This document shows, one piece after another, positions 46,803 through 57,927 of a stretch of DNA of 64,000 bases. This stretch comes from an uncultured Candidatus Saccharibacteria bacterium. Lineage in GTDB: Bacteria; Patescibacteriota; UBA1384; DTJR01. Location of the stretch: positions 70,745 through 134,744 of the forward strand of contig CAZAOT010000001.1 of NCBI GenBank assembly GCA_964487045.1, written 5' to 3'. How positions within the stretch are numbered: the first letter of the stretch is position 1; each line of letters opens with the position of its first letter. Made by a program: the position numbers and the translations under genes. A model generated the notes under the pieces. The model saw only the letters and a list, made by a program, of their open reading frames with translations. It made no database searches and was not told where the DNA came from.

Positions 46803-48232
46803 AGAATAATATTGTTATTTTTTCGGTAAGTTTACTGGTCGCACTTGTGGTCGGTTTTTTGATGTCAAGTGTTGTCAAAGTCGGTGTGCCGCTGGCAATC
46901 GGTATTGGCGCAATAATATTTTTGATACCGCTTTTATTTCAAAATCCACAGCTCGGGCTTGGTCTAATAGCATTTTTCCTGCCATTTGAAAGAATCCCTT
47001 CGTTTGAGGTTGCCGGCGCATCAGTCAAAATAAATTATATTTTGATTGCAGTGGTGTTCTTTGTATATTTCTTGACGAAACTTGCCTCGGGGGAGTTGAA
47101 GATCCCGAAAGATCCTAGCAGATATATCGTGGCGCTCTTTATTGCCAGTTTAACTTTTTCATTTTCCCAGGCCCTAAATTTCGAGCGATCAATTATGGTC
47201 TTGTTGTTCATGATTTTGATGTTTGTAGTTTATCTAACGGTTACATTTATGGTTCAGGACAAAAAGGCACTCAGTTATGTTCTCTATGGCTTAGTTTATG
47301 GAGCAATTTTCTCAGCAGTTCTCGGGCTTTTCCAGTTTGCTGGAGACGCAGTTGGCTTGCCAACACAAATTACGCTTCTTAAAGAAGGTTATGACAAATC
47401 AACTTTCGGATTTGCCAGGGTTCAAGGAACAGCGATTGAGCCACTTTATTTCGCAAATTATATCTTTATTCCATTATTTTTAATGTTGGTTCTTTTAGTA
47501 CGTGGTCAAGCTGAGAAATTAATTAATAAAAACCTCGCTTATGCATTGGCGGTGGGGCTACTTCTAAATTTTGTTCTCACGGTTTCGCGCGGTGCATATC
47601 TCGGGCTCGCTGGGGCAGGTCTTGTTTTGATCATTAGCCAAGCGAAGCTGATCTTAAGAGCTAAAACTATTATTACGACCGTTATGATTGGCCTGATTGT
47701 GATCGTTGGGGCATATCTTGCGCTAGTTAAAAGTGAACCGCGAGCGATTGATGAATTTATCGGACACGTGATGGTCAATGACCGTGATGACGGTGAATCG
47801 GTTGTCTCGAGAGTAAGTGCGACCAAAGAAGCATTTATGATGTGGCAAGAGCATCCAATTTTCGGTGTTGGTCTTGGTAATTACGGTCCGCTAGTCCAGG
47901 GAGATACCAAGGATACTCCGGAGGGAGGATGGTTCATCGTCAACAATGAATATGTAGAATTGCTGGCTGAAAATGGCATTGTTGGTCTTGGGATGTTTGT
48001 AGGCCTTCTCGTGCTTGTTTTCCTGCGAGCCTTGGCAGCAATTCGCAAAACAACCGATCAATTTTTGAAATCCGTCATGATCTCATTGACTTTGGCTCTT
48101 TTGGCGGTTTTGATTCAATATGCGTCGTTTTCGACCATTTATATTTTCCACATTTGGTTCTTGATCGCGCTTGTAAGTAGCGTGAGCGCCATAATCTTAT
48201 CTAAAAATGAAAATCGACAAAATATTAATTAA
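46799..48232 (+). CDS. O-antigen ligase/polymerase-like membrane protein (Wzy_C domain)
   Basis: ~10 TM helices. Conserved LTVSRGAYLGLAGAGLVLI segment and a large external loop. GTG start overlapping the previous stop. Confidence 0.65.
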   Translation: MKNNIVIFSVSLLVALVVGFLMSSVVKVGVPLAIGIGAIIFLIPLLFQNPQLGLGLIAFFLPFERIPSFEVAGASVKINYILIAVVFFVYFLTKLASGELKIPKDPSRYIVALFIASLTFSFSQALNFERSIMVLLFMILMFVVYLTVTFMVQDKKALSYVLYGLVYGAIFSAVLGLFQFAGDAVGLPTQITLLKEGYDKSTFGFARVQGTAIEPLYFANYIFIPLFLMLVLLVRGQAEKLINKNLAYALAVGLLLNFVLTVSRGAYLGLAGAGLVLIISQAKLILRAKTIITTVMIGLIVIVGAYLALVKSEPRAIDEFIGHVMVNDRDDGESVVSRVSATKEAFMMWQEHPIFGVGLGNYGPLVQGDTKDTPEGGWFIVNNEYVELLAENGIVGLGMFVGLLVLVFLRALAAIRKTTDQFLKSVMISLTLALLAVLIQYASFSTIYIFHIWFLIALVSSVSAIILSKNENRQNIN

Positions 48233-49331
48233 GCTAATAATTCTTGCCCTTCCATTTTATTTTATCCGTTTTTCGATTGGGCCGATTCCTACAACTTTAT
48301 TTGAAGTTTTAGTATATGTTGTTTTCCTGATACTTCTTTTTGGCAAAAAAATTTCTTGGCCGAAAAATTCAAAAATTATTACTCCAGCTTTGATTTTTGT
48401 TGGCGCAGGCTTACTTGGTGCATTTGTTGATCCAAATTTAGCTGATGGGCTTGGGTTGTGGAAAGCTTTTTTCTTTGATGGCTTCTTGATTTTTCTGATG
48501 ATCGTGAGTTCAAGAGAAGAGGAGGATTATGCTCCAATATTATTTTATAGCGGAGTGTTAGTTTCTCTTCTGTGCTTACTTATTTTCTATGTTAGTGGTG
48601 GCACGACAGATGGAAGGATACTTGATCTGGATCGGCTAAGTCCAAATTATCTAGCTATGTTTTTGACTCCGCTTCTAGCAATTGGAATGTATGAGGTTTA
48701 TCGCAAGAGAACTTTGGCGAACATCATTGGCTCTTTCGTGATTGCTTTTGCGCTTGTGCTAACACAGTCGCGAGGGGCGCTTGTTGGCTTAGCGGGGGCG
48801 CTAATTGGAGCAATATATTTCTATCTCTCTAAGAGAAAAGTTTCTTATAAGAACTGGGCTTTGCTTGGAATGATTGTCGTTTTTATTGTCGGCGGATATT
48901 TAGTTTTTAAACCGGATTGGTCTGACCATGCTAGAAAGTCTACCAGTTCAAATATAAGGTATTATATCTGGACAACATCGCTTGAAGTAATTGGCAAGAG
49001 TCCTGTCCTTGGAGTTGGAATATCTAATTACCAGAATTATTTTTCTACGATGACATCAGATCGTGTTAATTACCCAGAATTTATTTCGCCACAAGCTTTG
49101 ACTGCCCATAACATCTATCTTCAATTTCTTGCGACAACTGGACTTGTCGGCTTGATAGCATTCATCTATCTTCTTATAAAGTCAAAATTTATTAGGAAAA
49201 ATGGTGCGATAGGACTAGCGATATTTGCACTTCTTGCCTATGGGCTTGTGGATACTCCGTTTTTTAGAAATGATTTAGCGGCATTATTCTGGATATTGAT
49301 CGCAATTACTAATATAAGAAGAGATGACTGA
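48207..49331 (+). CDS. O-antigen ligase/polymerase-like membrane protein (second Wzy_C paralog)
   Basis: LTQSRGALVGLAGALIGAIYF motif; polytopic. Confidence 0.6.
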   Translation: MKIDKILIKLIILALPFYFIRFSIGPIPTTLFEVLVYVVFLILLFGKKISWPKNSKIITPALIFVGAGLLGAFVDPNLADGLGLWKAFFFDGFLIFLMIVSSREEEDYAPILFYSGVLVSLLCLLIFYVSGGTTDGRILDLDRLSPNYLAMFLTPLLAIGMYEVYRKRTLANIIGSFVIAFALVLTQSRGALVGLAGALIGAIYFYLSKRKVSYKNWALLGMIVVFIVGGYLVFKPDWSDHARKSTSSNIRYYIWTTSLEVIGKSPVLGVGISNYQNYFSTMTSDRVNYPEFISPQALTAHNIYLQFLATTGLVGLIAFIYLLIKSKFIRKNGAIGLAIFALLAYGLVDTPFFRNDLAALFWILIAITNIRRDD

Positions 49332-50799
49332 GCGGGTGGAAAGCTTTGTAAAGAATAGAAAAAAACTATTTTTCTGCTTGATTTTCTTAGTTTCATTTAT
49401 TGTCACCTCGATTGGCATTAATCAGACGGGTGAGACCTGGGATGAAATACCTTATTACAATGCGGCCAAGCAATATGCCTCCAATATAAAACATTTCCGC
49501 ACTAAGGGTGAAGATTGGGCGGCCAATAAAGAACATCCTCCGGTAGCTAAATATGTCTACATGGTAGCATCTGCGTTTGAAATGCAAAAAGAAGGTGAGA
49601 ATTACACCGGAGGAAGATTGGCTAGTGCGGCAATGATTAGTCTTACAATTTCACTGACCTTTTTACTTACATTGGAATTGTTCGGGGCTTTAGCTGGGTT
49701 GCTCGCTGCTATTGTGCTCTTATTAACCCCACCTTTTATTGGATTTGGCCGAGTGCTTGGTATGGACTCGCCAACCGCCCTTGCAATCACGCTAATTGGA
49801 ATAAGTTTTTATAAATTTGCTAATTCTAAGGCGATGCCGAAAGACTATATCATTCCTGCGCTAGTTTTTTCACTTGGCATCGCTACGAGATACAATATAG
49901 TCCTTTCAGGCTTATTTTTGCCCGTTGCGGTTCTTCTTTTTTCTTCCTGGCGTTTTGAACTAAAGAAGTGGCTTAGCTTTTTTATATTTCCAATTGCGGC
50001 AGTACTGATTTTTTATTTAGTTTGGCCGTTTTTGTGGCAGGATCCTATCGGGGGAATTGACAAAAGCATCGGTCATTGGGGGCAGGTAAAAGAATGGTAC
50101 TTTGGGGTATCGAATGCTACATTGCCAAATTCTTATTTTCTATCGTATTTCTTTTATGTGACTCCAGCAGTAGTATTGATACTCTCTGCGCTGGGGCTGA
50201 TAATTAAACCTTGGAATAACAAAAAATTATATATTCTTGCTCTACTGCTTGTTCCTTTTATAAATAGCGTGGTGGGGATTAAGCAGGGCGGGGTGCGCTA
50301 TCTACTTTTTGTGTTCGTGCCTCTGGCAATTTTTTCTGGATTAGGCCTGAGCTTTTTAATTAAGAAAGTTAAATATTTATGGCTGCAAATCATCTTAATA
50401 CTCTCGTTAATCGTTTATATGTCTTTTGTAATGGTGAGCTACTATCCATACTATATTGATTACTATAATGAATTTATGGGTGGTGCAAAAGGCAACTATG
50501 AGAAAAAGGCTTTACAGCTAGGCTGGTGGGGAGAGGGGGGCAAGAGATCGGCAGATTATCTGAACAATAATGCTCCAATTGGGTCAACTATATTCAATAA
50601 TATGAAACCAGAACATACCCTTGATAATCTACGGGCTGATTTAGTAATGGTTAAATCAACTGAGAATCCAGATTACATTGTTTACAATACCCTCTGGGCG
50701 TGGGGAAGCGGATATGAGGTAAGCCCAGAATATACGATAGTTCACCAAGAAAAAGCAGCAGGTGCTCCTATAGTGACGGTTGCAAAGAAAATTAAATAA
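49324..50799 (+). CDS. GT-C fold glycosyltransferase, PMT/ArnT-like (family 39/83)
   Basis: First extracytoplasmic loop with acidic DE motif (GETWDEIPYYNAAKQY); ~11 TM. Confidence 0.65.
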   Translation: MTERVESFVKNRKKLFFCLIFLVSFIVTSIGINQTGETWDEIPYYNAAKQYASNIKHFRTKGEDWAANKEHPPVAKYVYMVASAFEMQKEGENYTGGRLASAAMISLTISLTFLLTLELFGALAGLLAAIVLLLTPPFIGFGRVLGMDSPTALAITLIGISFYKFANSKAMPKDYIIPALVFSLGIATRYNIVLSGLFLPVAVLLFSSWRFELKKWLSFFIFPIAAVLIFYLVWPFLWQDPIGGIDKSIGHWGQVKEWYFGVSNATLPNSYFLSYFFYVTPAVVLILSALGLIIKPWNNKKLYILALLLVPFINSVVGIKQGGVRYLLFVFVPLAIFSGLGLSFLIKKVKYLWLQIILILSLIVYMSFVMVSYYPYYIDYYNEFMGGAKGNYEKKALQLGWWGEGGKRSADYLNNNAPIGSTIFNNMKPEHTLDNLRADLVMVKSTENPDYIVYNTLWAWGSGYEVSPEYTIVHQEKAAGAPIVTVAKKIK

Positions 50800-50943
50800 G
50801 TTATCTGCTCGCTAGCGAAATCTAATAAATTCGATCTCTAGACGATTTTTTTCTTAAAGCGAGTTTTTCTAAACTTGCATTTTTTTGCAGCTTAAGCTTC
50901 AATCAAAATATATTATTACAGGTTTATTAATATTAATATTTTA

Positions 50944-53900
50944 ATGAATAAAAGCGCAAAAACTATTTCGATAATCTTTCCTGCTTACAACGAAGAAAAG
51001 AATATCAAAAAAACGGTAAACGAAGCTTATAAATTTGCTGAAAAAGCATTTAAAGATTTCGAAATTATTGTAGTTGATGACGGATCTGTAGATAATACAG
51101 CAACAATTGTCGAAGAAATTTCTAATACAAAAAAGAAAGTAAAACTTTTAAAAAATGGCAGAAATTTGGGATATGGCGCGACTGTTTGGAAGGGTTTGAA
51201 GGCAGCCAAGAAAAAACTAATTTTCTTCTCTGATGCTGATCGTCAATTTGATCTAAGAGAAATCGCAAGTATCTTAGAGCATGTGGGGGAGTACGATGTG
51301 GTGATCGGTTATAGACGCAAGCGAAAAGATCCTTTTCTAAGAAAACTGAATGCCTGGGGTTGGAAACTCTTGTTGCGCTTAGTTTTAAATTTAAAAGTAC
51401 GTGACATAGATTGCGCTTTTAAGTTATTTAGGCGTGATGTTGTAGAGAAAGTATCGGTTAAGTCGACTGGTGCGACATTCTCAGCTGAACTAATTTACAA
51501 CATCAAGAAAAAGGGCTTTAGAATTAAAGAAGTCGGCGTGGGCCACTATCCGCGAGTTGCAGGTAGCCCCACCGGTGCAAAGCTATCTGTGATCAAGAAG
51601 GCATTCGTCGAACTTTGGCGTTTTTATAGGCAGGATAAAGATCTAGTGAGGCAGAAGAGTCGATTCGTGTACTTTGGTGGCGCCATAATACTATTTTTAT
51701 CGAGAATATTACTGCGATCCAATTCTATGGATTTTTTTGACTCTAGTGAATATGCCTGGAGGACGAATGACGCTTCTTTTCTAGGCGCGCTAGCAACTGG
51801 GCATGCACCTTTTCATCCCCTGTATGTTTTCTTCAGCTGGTTGCTTCACAGTCTTCCATTTAAGCCAAGTGAAATTACTTCGCTGGAGATAACATCGGCT
51901 TTGATGGGAAGTCTATCGATCGTCTTCCTATTCTTATTTGTAAAAAAATTATTCAATTCTCGTGTTGCATGGTTGTCTGCAACTATTTTTAGTTTGCTGC
52001 CATTTGTCTGGGTAAGTCAAACAACAATTTTAGTGGATGCTTCTGAACACACTTTTTATTTCTTAAGTTTGTTTTTATGGTTAATAGCATTGCAAAGTCA
52101 GAATTTAAATGGAAAGATTTACGCTCTTTGCGCTGGTTTGTCATTTGGCTTGGCCGCATTTGCCCATACTCAGGTTGCTATCTGGATAGTAAGTATTTTA
52201 GCTATGCCAATACTAACTACAGAATTTAAACGTAAATCGCTCCTTGATCTACTTTACAAATTTTTATTATTCTTCTTGGGTGGTTCGTTCTTTATATACT
52301 TATATTTAGAGTTACTGCTTTATTCTCACTCAATCGGTTGGCACGAACCTAGCACTAGCTACAAAGCCGCTCTTAAGTATCTATTGTTTGGCAATATTGG
52401 AGATCGTGATCCGATTGAAATTAAAAAAACTATATACTATCTGGTTAGCCTTGCTTCAAGTGTTGTCGTTCTAACAGGTCTTTTTGGTGCTATCAAGATG
52501 TTTTTACAAGAGAAGCGAAAATTGTTGTTTGTGTTTTTATGGTTTATTCCTTTTGTTATTGGCTCGACATATATTTATGAAAATTTATATGCTAGGACGC
52601 TGATAATAGGTCTAGCAGCAATTGCAGTTTGTAGCGCTTATTTTTTACTTAATATAAAAAAATTCAAAAGTATTTGGATTGGTTTGGTCTTGGCGCAACT
52701 CATAATATTAAGCGTTCCCGTAGTGGCAAGATACCATAATTATCCATCTCCAATTGAAAATATAAAATCATTCATTTCCACCGTTGAGCCTGATGGGATA
52801 TTCATTTCATCAAATGTTACAAAGACGATGGCTAATTCTGCGTATAAAGGTGAATATGTAAATTTCGGAGATGTGGGATACGGTGCAGGTTTTGTACAGG
52901 ATAAGACCAAGCAGGCCCTAGCTGATGGCAAACCTGTTTTCGTTCTGTCTGACGCTTTGATTTCGCCATACAGAAGATATGATGGTTCTTATTACGACCT
53001 CAGGTCTGTTGGGACTGGCAACGGCTCTAGTCATGGCACTGAGCTAGAAAACTTATTTAAAAACTTTAATATCTATCTCAGGAAGGTAGAGAGCTATTCA
53101 TTTAGACGGGCACTATATCAGGTTAGTAATAATTTTGATGATGATGTTTTGAATAATATTGAGTCGGAGGCCAAAAAATCACCAATTGTTTTTGGCAGAC
53201 TAGTTTCTAATCAGGAGGCCGTATCTGGAGCGATTATTAATAATTATAATAAGAATTTGTGTGGCACAGTTAAAGAAAATATAACTCGTTTAGACTTTGG
53301 ACTATGTCTAATAAGAAATTTCAGAAAAGAACCAGAAAACTGGACCTTTACGGATAAAGATGGTCGGTTCTACTTGCCATCAGATAAACCAAGCATAAAT
53401 TTAGCGATTGGAACAAACCCGGGTCAGACCAGAGTATCTTCTTTGGATGGGCAGTTTGCCAAAGAAGAGGTTATCTATCCGCAGGCTAAATATCGAGCTG
53501 AATACACAAGCCTGGAGGAGCTCAAAAGTATAATTTCTGATATCGATAGGTCTTATTATGTTGTTTCTTACGAAAAGGACGGACAAATTCGTCTTAGGCT
53601 TTATACATACGAATTCAGTTTATCTAAGACAAACACAATCGATGCAAAAAATATAGTTGCTGAGGCCGGGAAGATAGTAAAGGATGGGGTCTTATCAAAG
53701 AAAGTTCGTGTTTCCGACGAGAGAGCAGGATATATGGCTTCTGGTCCATATATGGATTTGGCTGAAGGCAAGTATATTGCGGTTTTCAGCCTAAGAAAGA
53801 GTAGCCAAAGTAAAGGAGCAGTACTGCTTGATGTTTCAGGTGATTATGGGCGGATTGATCTTGGCAAAGTGGAGAAGAATATTAGCGAGCTGTCTAGTGA

Positions 53901-54024
53901 TAAATATAAAAAAATAGAACTGCCGTTTGTATTACAGGCGGGAACCGGAGGAGTTGAGTTTAGGGTTAAAGCAGAGCCTAATAGTGGAATTTATTTAGAA
54001 TCGATTGAGATAAAAAAGAACTAG
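50944..54024 (+). CDS. Fusion protein (1026 aa): N-terminal Dpm1-like GT2 (polyprenol-phosphate sugar synthase type) + polytopic GT-C/PMT-like membrane domain + ~450-aa C-terminal extracytoplasmic domain
   Basis: GT2 motifs IIFPAYNEEKNI, VVDDGSVDNT, FSDADRQFD; then >10 TM helices; then a hydrophilic C-terminus. Confidence 0.7.
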   Translation: MNKSAKTISIIFPAYNEEKNIKKTVNEAYKFAEKAFKDFEIIVVDDGSVDNTATIVEEISNTKKKVKLLKNGRNLGYGATVWKGLKAAKKKLIFFSDADRQFDLREIASILEHVGEYDVVIGYRRKRKDPFLRKLNAWGWKLLLRLVLNLKVRDIDCAFKLFRRDVVEKVSVKSTGATFSAELIYNIKKKGFRIKEVGVGHYPRVAGSPTGAKLSVIKKAFVELWRFYRQDKDLVRQKSRFVYFGGAIILFLSRILLRSNSMDFFDSSEYAWRTNDASFLGALATGHAPFHPLYVFFSWLLHSLPFKPSEITSLEITSALMGSLSIVFLFLFVKKLFNSRVAWLSATIFSLLPFVWVSQTTILVDASEHTFYFLSLFLWLIALQSQNLNGKIYALCAGLSFGLAAFAHTQVAIWIVSILAMPILTTEFKRKSLLDLLYKFLLFFLGGSFFIYLYLELLLYSHSIGWHEPSTSYKAALKYLLFGNIGDRDPIEIKKTIYYLVSLASSVVVLTGLFGAIKMFLQEKRKLLFVFLWFIPFVIGSTYIYENLYARTLIIGLAAIAVCSAYFLLNIKKFKSIWIGLVLAQLIILSVPVVARYHNYPSPIENIKSFISTVEPDGIFISSNVTKTMANSAYKGEYVNFGDVGYGAGFVQDKTKQALADGKPVFVLSDALISPYRRYDGSYYDLRSVGTGNGSSHGTELENLFKNFNIYLRKVESYSFRRALYQVSNNFDDDVLNNIESEAKKSPIVFGRLVSNQEAVSGAIINNYNKNLCGTVKENITRLDFGLCLIRNFRKEPENWTFTDKDGRFYLPSDKPSINLAIGTNPGQTRVSSLDGQFAKEEVIYPQAKYRAEYTSLEELKSIISDIDRSYYVVSYEKDGQIRLRLYTYEFSLSKTNTIDAKNIVAEAGKIVKDGVLSKKVRVSDERAGYMASGPYMDLAEGKYIAVFSLRKSSQSKGAVLLDVSGDYGRIDLGKVEKNISELSSDKYKKIELPFVLQAGTGGVEFRVKAEPNSGIYLESIEIKKN

Positions 54025-54025
54025 T

Positions 54026-55183
54026 TTATTGGTGCTCGGCAATAAATTTTTTATAAACTTCAAAAGCAGGTTTGTTTTTAGTTGCATTAACTTTTCCGGC
54101 TTTGTCAATTTCGGCACCAACTAACCCGAAGTGACTGTCGTTCTCGTTACCGATAATTTTATTAACCGGGTTGTCAAAGAGGGTATAAACAATTACTCCT
54201 TTAAAGTAGCCAGAAGAATATACATTCGTTAGGAAGCGGCTAAAAAATTCTGCTTGGTACTGTTCCCCTTGGCTCTCACTCATATTTTCACCCTTGCTTC
54301 CACCGCTCGCATTTGTTTCAACTAGCCAGACATCCTTTTTTATTGATTTTAGCTTTTCGGCTAGGTTCATATAGCTACCGTAATTATATTCACGACTAGT
54401 TGGGTCTGTCCCGTCGCTCGAATACCAGCTCCAGCCCAAGATATCGAAGTCAGCCCCATCAGCAATAAAGCGAGGAAAAATATCATATAGAATCCAATGT
54501 CCACTCAGGACAATCTTAGCGTTAGGATCGTTTTGTCTGATTCCTTTCGACATTCCCTTGATCCACTCGAGAGTTGTATTGTACATATCTTGAGAATAAT
54601 CAATTCCATTTTCTCCCTTGATAATTTCGCCGCTGGTGTCTGCTTTTTTGACGATTGTGCCACTTATCTCGTTTGCAATCTGGTAGTATTTGACCTTCCC
54701 CTTATAACGTTTTGATGCATAGGACCCCATCCTGTAGCCCTCTTCATAATAATCAGCCTTGCCAACCGTAGCAGGAATGTTGGGGTCTAATACAAGCAAA
54801 AGATCCAAACCAGAGCTAGATATACTATTAATAAATTGGTCATTATCACTTTCTAAATAATTAATTTTAAATGGCGAATCTATTTTTCCTATTTCTAGAT
54901 TAGCTCTAATTAAATTCAGGCCAAGCTCCTTGGCTTTAGCTATTTGTAGATCTGCATGCTCTTGAAAAAATCCCTCATTAAGATTGTTGAGGGTGTAGGC
55001 CCCTCCCTGTGCACCCCAGACAAATGATTTATTCAAATTGGCGACTGGAGAGGGAGACGGGGTTGGTGTTTGAGCAACTTTAGTTCGGTTCGTTGAAGCC
55101 TTAATTTTCAAAATATTTCCGGTGATTAAGCCGACTACTATTGCTAGGGCCAATATTAAAAAAGCATTGGTGTATTTTTGCAC
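54026..55183 (-). CDS. Secreted/anchored TIM-barrel glycoside hydrolase (GH5-like; family assignment tentative)
   Basis: N-terminal anchor. Motifs YQIANEISG and VWLVETNASGG (possible acid/base and nucleophile Glu). GTG start. Confidence 0.45.
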   Translation of the reverse strand: MQKYTNAFLILALAIVVGLITGNILKIKASTNRTKVAQTPTPSPSPVANLNKSFVWGAQGGAYTLNNLNEGFFQEHADLQIAKAKELGLNLIRANLEIGKIDSPFKINYLESDNDQFINSISSSGLDLLLVLDPNIPATVGKADYYEEGYRMGSYASKRYKGKVKYYQIANEISGTIVKKADTSGEIIKGENGIDYSQDMYNTTLEWIKGMSKGIRQNDPNAKIVLSGHWILYDIFPRFIADGADFDILGWSWYSSDGTDPTSREYNYGSYMNLAEKLKSIKKDVWLVETNASGGSKGENMSESQGEQYQAEFFSRFLTNVYSSGYFKGVIVYTLFDNPVNKIIGNENDSHFGLVGAEIDKAGKVNATKNKPAFEVYKKFIAEHQ

Positions 55184-55259
55184 TATTTATAAGATATCTT
55201 CTTTTTACCTTAGTCGCAAATTGTTTACTTTTAAGAAGAAAAATTGTACATTGAGAGCA

Positions 55260-56378
55260 ATGAAAGATGTTTTAATTGTCGTTCCAACCTTTAACGAAAA
55301 AGAGAATATCTCCAATCTTATTTTAGAAATTCGCAAAGCTAAAGTAGACGCGGATATTTTGGTTGTGGATGATAATTCTCCTGATGGAACTGGCAAAATC
55401 GTTGAAGATCTCAGAAAGAGCGATAAGGGTTTGTTTGTTTTGCACCGCAAGGAAAAAGCTGGCTTAGGTAAGGCCTATGTAGCTGGTTTTTCATGGGGAT
55501 TAGAACATGGCTATAAAAAACTAATTTCCATGGATGCTGATTTTTCGCATCCGGTTAGCTCGCTAAATTCACTTATTAACCTATGTTCGAAGAAATCTGT
55601 GGCAATTGGCTCGCGATATATAAAAGGCGGGAAAATTGTTGGCTGGAAGTGGAATCGATATGCAAATTCCTGGGGAGCAAACTATGTCACAAGGGCTCTC
55701 CTTAGGATAAAAGCCAAAGACTCTACCGCTGGCTTTAAGTGCTATCCAGCAGAATTTTTGCGTGAGGTAAATTTAGAAACGATCCAGGCGGCAGGCTATG
55801 CTTTTCAGGTAGAGATGCTTCTTCGGGCCCAGGAGCTTGGTTATAAATTACTCGAAACACCTATTACTTTCGTAGATCGAACTGCCGGAGAGAGCAAAAT
55901 CCAGGGAGAATTAAAGAAATCTGCTAAGACTGTTATGCAACTCGCGGTGTCCAAAAAGTCATATCGACAATTTGTGAAATTCGCCATTGTGGGGGCATCT
56001 TGCGCTCTGGTCGATTGGGCTGTTTTTTATCTAGTAAAATTAATATATAGCAATTATTTCTCATCTGTAGAGCTACAGATGGCAAGACAGATCGCTAAGG
56101 CAGTTTCTTTTATTTTTTCCGCTAGTGTGAATTATTACTTCAATCGTATTTGGACTTTTAAATCGAAGGATAAGGCTGTTGCTTCTCAGGCTACAAAGTT
56201 CTTTCTCGTCGCGTCGATTGGATTATTATTCAACTCAGTAATCTTCTACGCGGTAACTGCCAAACTAAATTGGCGAGATATTTTTGGCCTGATTATCGCT
56301 ACTGCGCTTGTAACTCTCTGGAATTTTTTCATCAATCGAATTTGGACTTTCAAGGAAGATGAAAAAATCAAATCTTAA
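55260..56378 (+). CDS. Dpm1/ArnC-like GT2 (polyprenol-monophosphate sugar synthase) fused to a C-terminal GtrA-like 4-TM domain
   Basis: VVPTFNEKENI, VVDDNSPDGT, MDADFSHP; C-terminus FVKFAIVGASCALVDWAVFYLV…YYFNRIWTFK (GtrA-like). Start at MKDVLIVVP; the track start is 55122. Confidence 0.8.
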   Translation: MKDVLIVVPTFNEKENISNLILEIRKAKVDADILVVDDNSPDGTGKIVEDLRKSDKGLFVLHRKEKAGLGKAYVAGFSWGLEHGYKKLISMDADFSHPVSSLNSLINLCSKKSVAIGSRYIKGGKIVGWKWNRYANSWGANYVTRALLRIKAKDSTAGFKCYPAEFLREVNLETIQAAGYAFQVEMLLRAQELGYKLLETPITFVDRTAGESKIQGELKKSAKTVMQLAVSKKSYRQFVKFAIVGASCALVDWAVFYLVKLIYSNYFSSVELQMARQIAKAVSFIFSASVNYYFNRIWTFKSKDKAVASQATKFFLVASIGLLFNSVIFYAVTAKLNWRDIFGLIIATALVTLWNFFINRIWTFKEDEKIKS

Positions 56379-57849
56379 ATGGTTGATTCTGATATTAGCT
56401 GGACTTATTACGAGATTTTTATTTTTAGGGATTAGGCCGCTTGAGGGAGACGAGGGGATTGTTCTTAAAATCGCCAGTAGCGCCGATTTAAAATCATTAT
56501 TTAATGCGGTTAGCCACGATGTTCATCCGCCCCTTTTTCATTTCTTGCAATTTATAACTCTCAAGCTTTGGCCACTTTCTGAGTATTCGGCGCGAGTGGT
56601 AAGTGCCATTGCAGGTTTTGTAGCAATATATTTTATTTATAAAGTTTTCGAGAAAATCAGCAATCAAAAAGTTGCTTTCTGGGTAGCGCTATTGTCAATT
56701 TTTAATCCAGTTCTAACTTATCATTTTGCCGAGGCCAGGCCGTACGGAGTGTTGGTAATGCTGATTTTTGCTCAATTATTTGTATTTTTGCAGTTAATTG
56801 AAAGTAAAAAGAAGCGACACTTGTTTGGGTTTTTCGCGTTATCCACACTGTTAGTTTTAACCCAATATATTTCATTTGTGTTTTTATTCGGAGAGCTAGC
56901 CTATTTGATTTTATTAAAACGAAAAATGATCACTTGGCAAAAAGTAGTAAGCGGACTTCTGGCTATTGCTATGTTTGGTGCTTTGTGGGGAAAGGTATTT
57001 ATCTCGCAGGTTCAAGGACGTTCCCTTGAGCAGTCACAGGCGCTCAACATCAAGGATAATTTAATAGGCGTTTTTAATGGAATCTATCGCTTCTTTGCTG
57101 GGAGATTATTTTTGGACCTCGATCCTTCAATCTCTAGAAATTTGAGTTTTGCCAAAGATAACCCAGTCTTGTTTATTGTTTTTATTCTTTCAATTGTCAT
57201 TCCATTAGGACTTTTGGTGTGGGGTATTATTGATCTTAAGAAGAGAAATAAAGACAATCTATATCTGTTGCTAATAATTTTTACCCCAAGCATTTTAGCA
57301 GCCTTGCTCTCTAGTGAAATTGGTCCTCGCGCAGTCAGATATTTACTCTTTTTGGTGCCGGTTTGTCTTTATATAATAGTAGAGCTGTATTTTTCTAAAA
57401 AGACGCTTGCTAAGAATATTGTGTTCTCTGCATTTATGGTGATATATCTTGGTGCATTTGTTTCAGGATTTTATTTTGAGAGAACTAAGCCGGGGGTTAA
57501 TGCAATCGCAACTTATTTGTTAAGAAACGCTGACCCTGGAGATAAGGTCGTCGTAAGAGGTGGCTTCGGCGGCGGGGAAAGATTTGTGCTCAAATATTAC
57601 TTGGGAGATGAGAGTGGAGTTGAAATATTTGATTTGTACGGCGATTACCAAGTGGGGAATTTAGATAAAATAAAATCAAGAGACTCTTTCAAATATATTA
57701 AAAATATTAAAGCTCTCGATAATAAAAAAAATGTTTGGTTTTATGATATGACTTATAATTTTGATGAAACTACTATTGTGGGGAATTTTGAAAAGTTTGG
57801 TCTTGGAAAAGATAAAGAAAACAAAGAGCTGATGCTCTATAAGTTCTAA
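56359..57849 (+). CDS. GT-C fold glycosyltransferase, PMT/ArnT-like (family 39/83)
   Basis: Loop-1 DE motif (GIRPLEGDEGIVLKIAS); ~11 TM. Overlaps the upstream Dpm1-like gene by 20 nt. Confidence 0.7.
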   Translation: MKKSNLKWLILILAGLITRFLFLGIRPLEGDEGIVLKIASSADLKSLFNAVSHDVHPPLFHFLQFITLKLWPLSEYSARVVSAIAGFVAIYFIYKVFEKISNQKVAFWVALLSIFNPVLTYHFAEARPYGVLVMLIFAQLFVFLQLIESKKKRHLFGFFALSTLLVLTQYISFVFLFGELAYLILLKRKMITWQKVVSGLLAIAMFGALWGKVFISQVQGRSLEQSQALNIKDNLIGVFNGIYRFFAGRLFLDLDPSISRNLSFAKDNPVLFIVFILSIVIPLGLLVWGIIDLKKRNKDNLYLLLIIFTPSILAALLSSEIGPRAVRYLLFLVPVCLYIIVELYFSKKTLAKNIVFSAFMVIYLGAFVSGFYFERTKPGVNAIATYLLRNADPGDKVVVRGGFGGGERFVLKYYLGDESGVEIFDLYGDYQVGNLDKIKSRDSFKYIKNIKALDNKKNVWFYDMTYNFDETTIVGNFEKFGLGKDKENKELMLYKF

Positions 57850-57856
57850 GCTAAAC

Positions 57857-57906
57857 TTGATCTCTACTCTTGCTGGTGCTATATTGTCCTGATCTGAATA
57901 TTCAGA
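57857..57906 (+). promoter_or_regulatory. Sigma70-like promoter TTGATC-17-TATATT (57857-57885) followed by the perfect 14-bp palindrome tctgaatattcaga (57893-57906) at the predicted transcription start
   Basis: Hexamers, spacing and palindrome read directly; candidate operator. Confidence 0.45.
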
Positions 57907-57927
57907 CGATCCTTGAGGAGGCAGGAA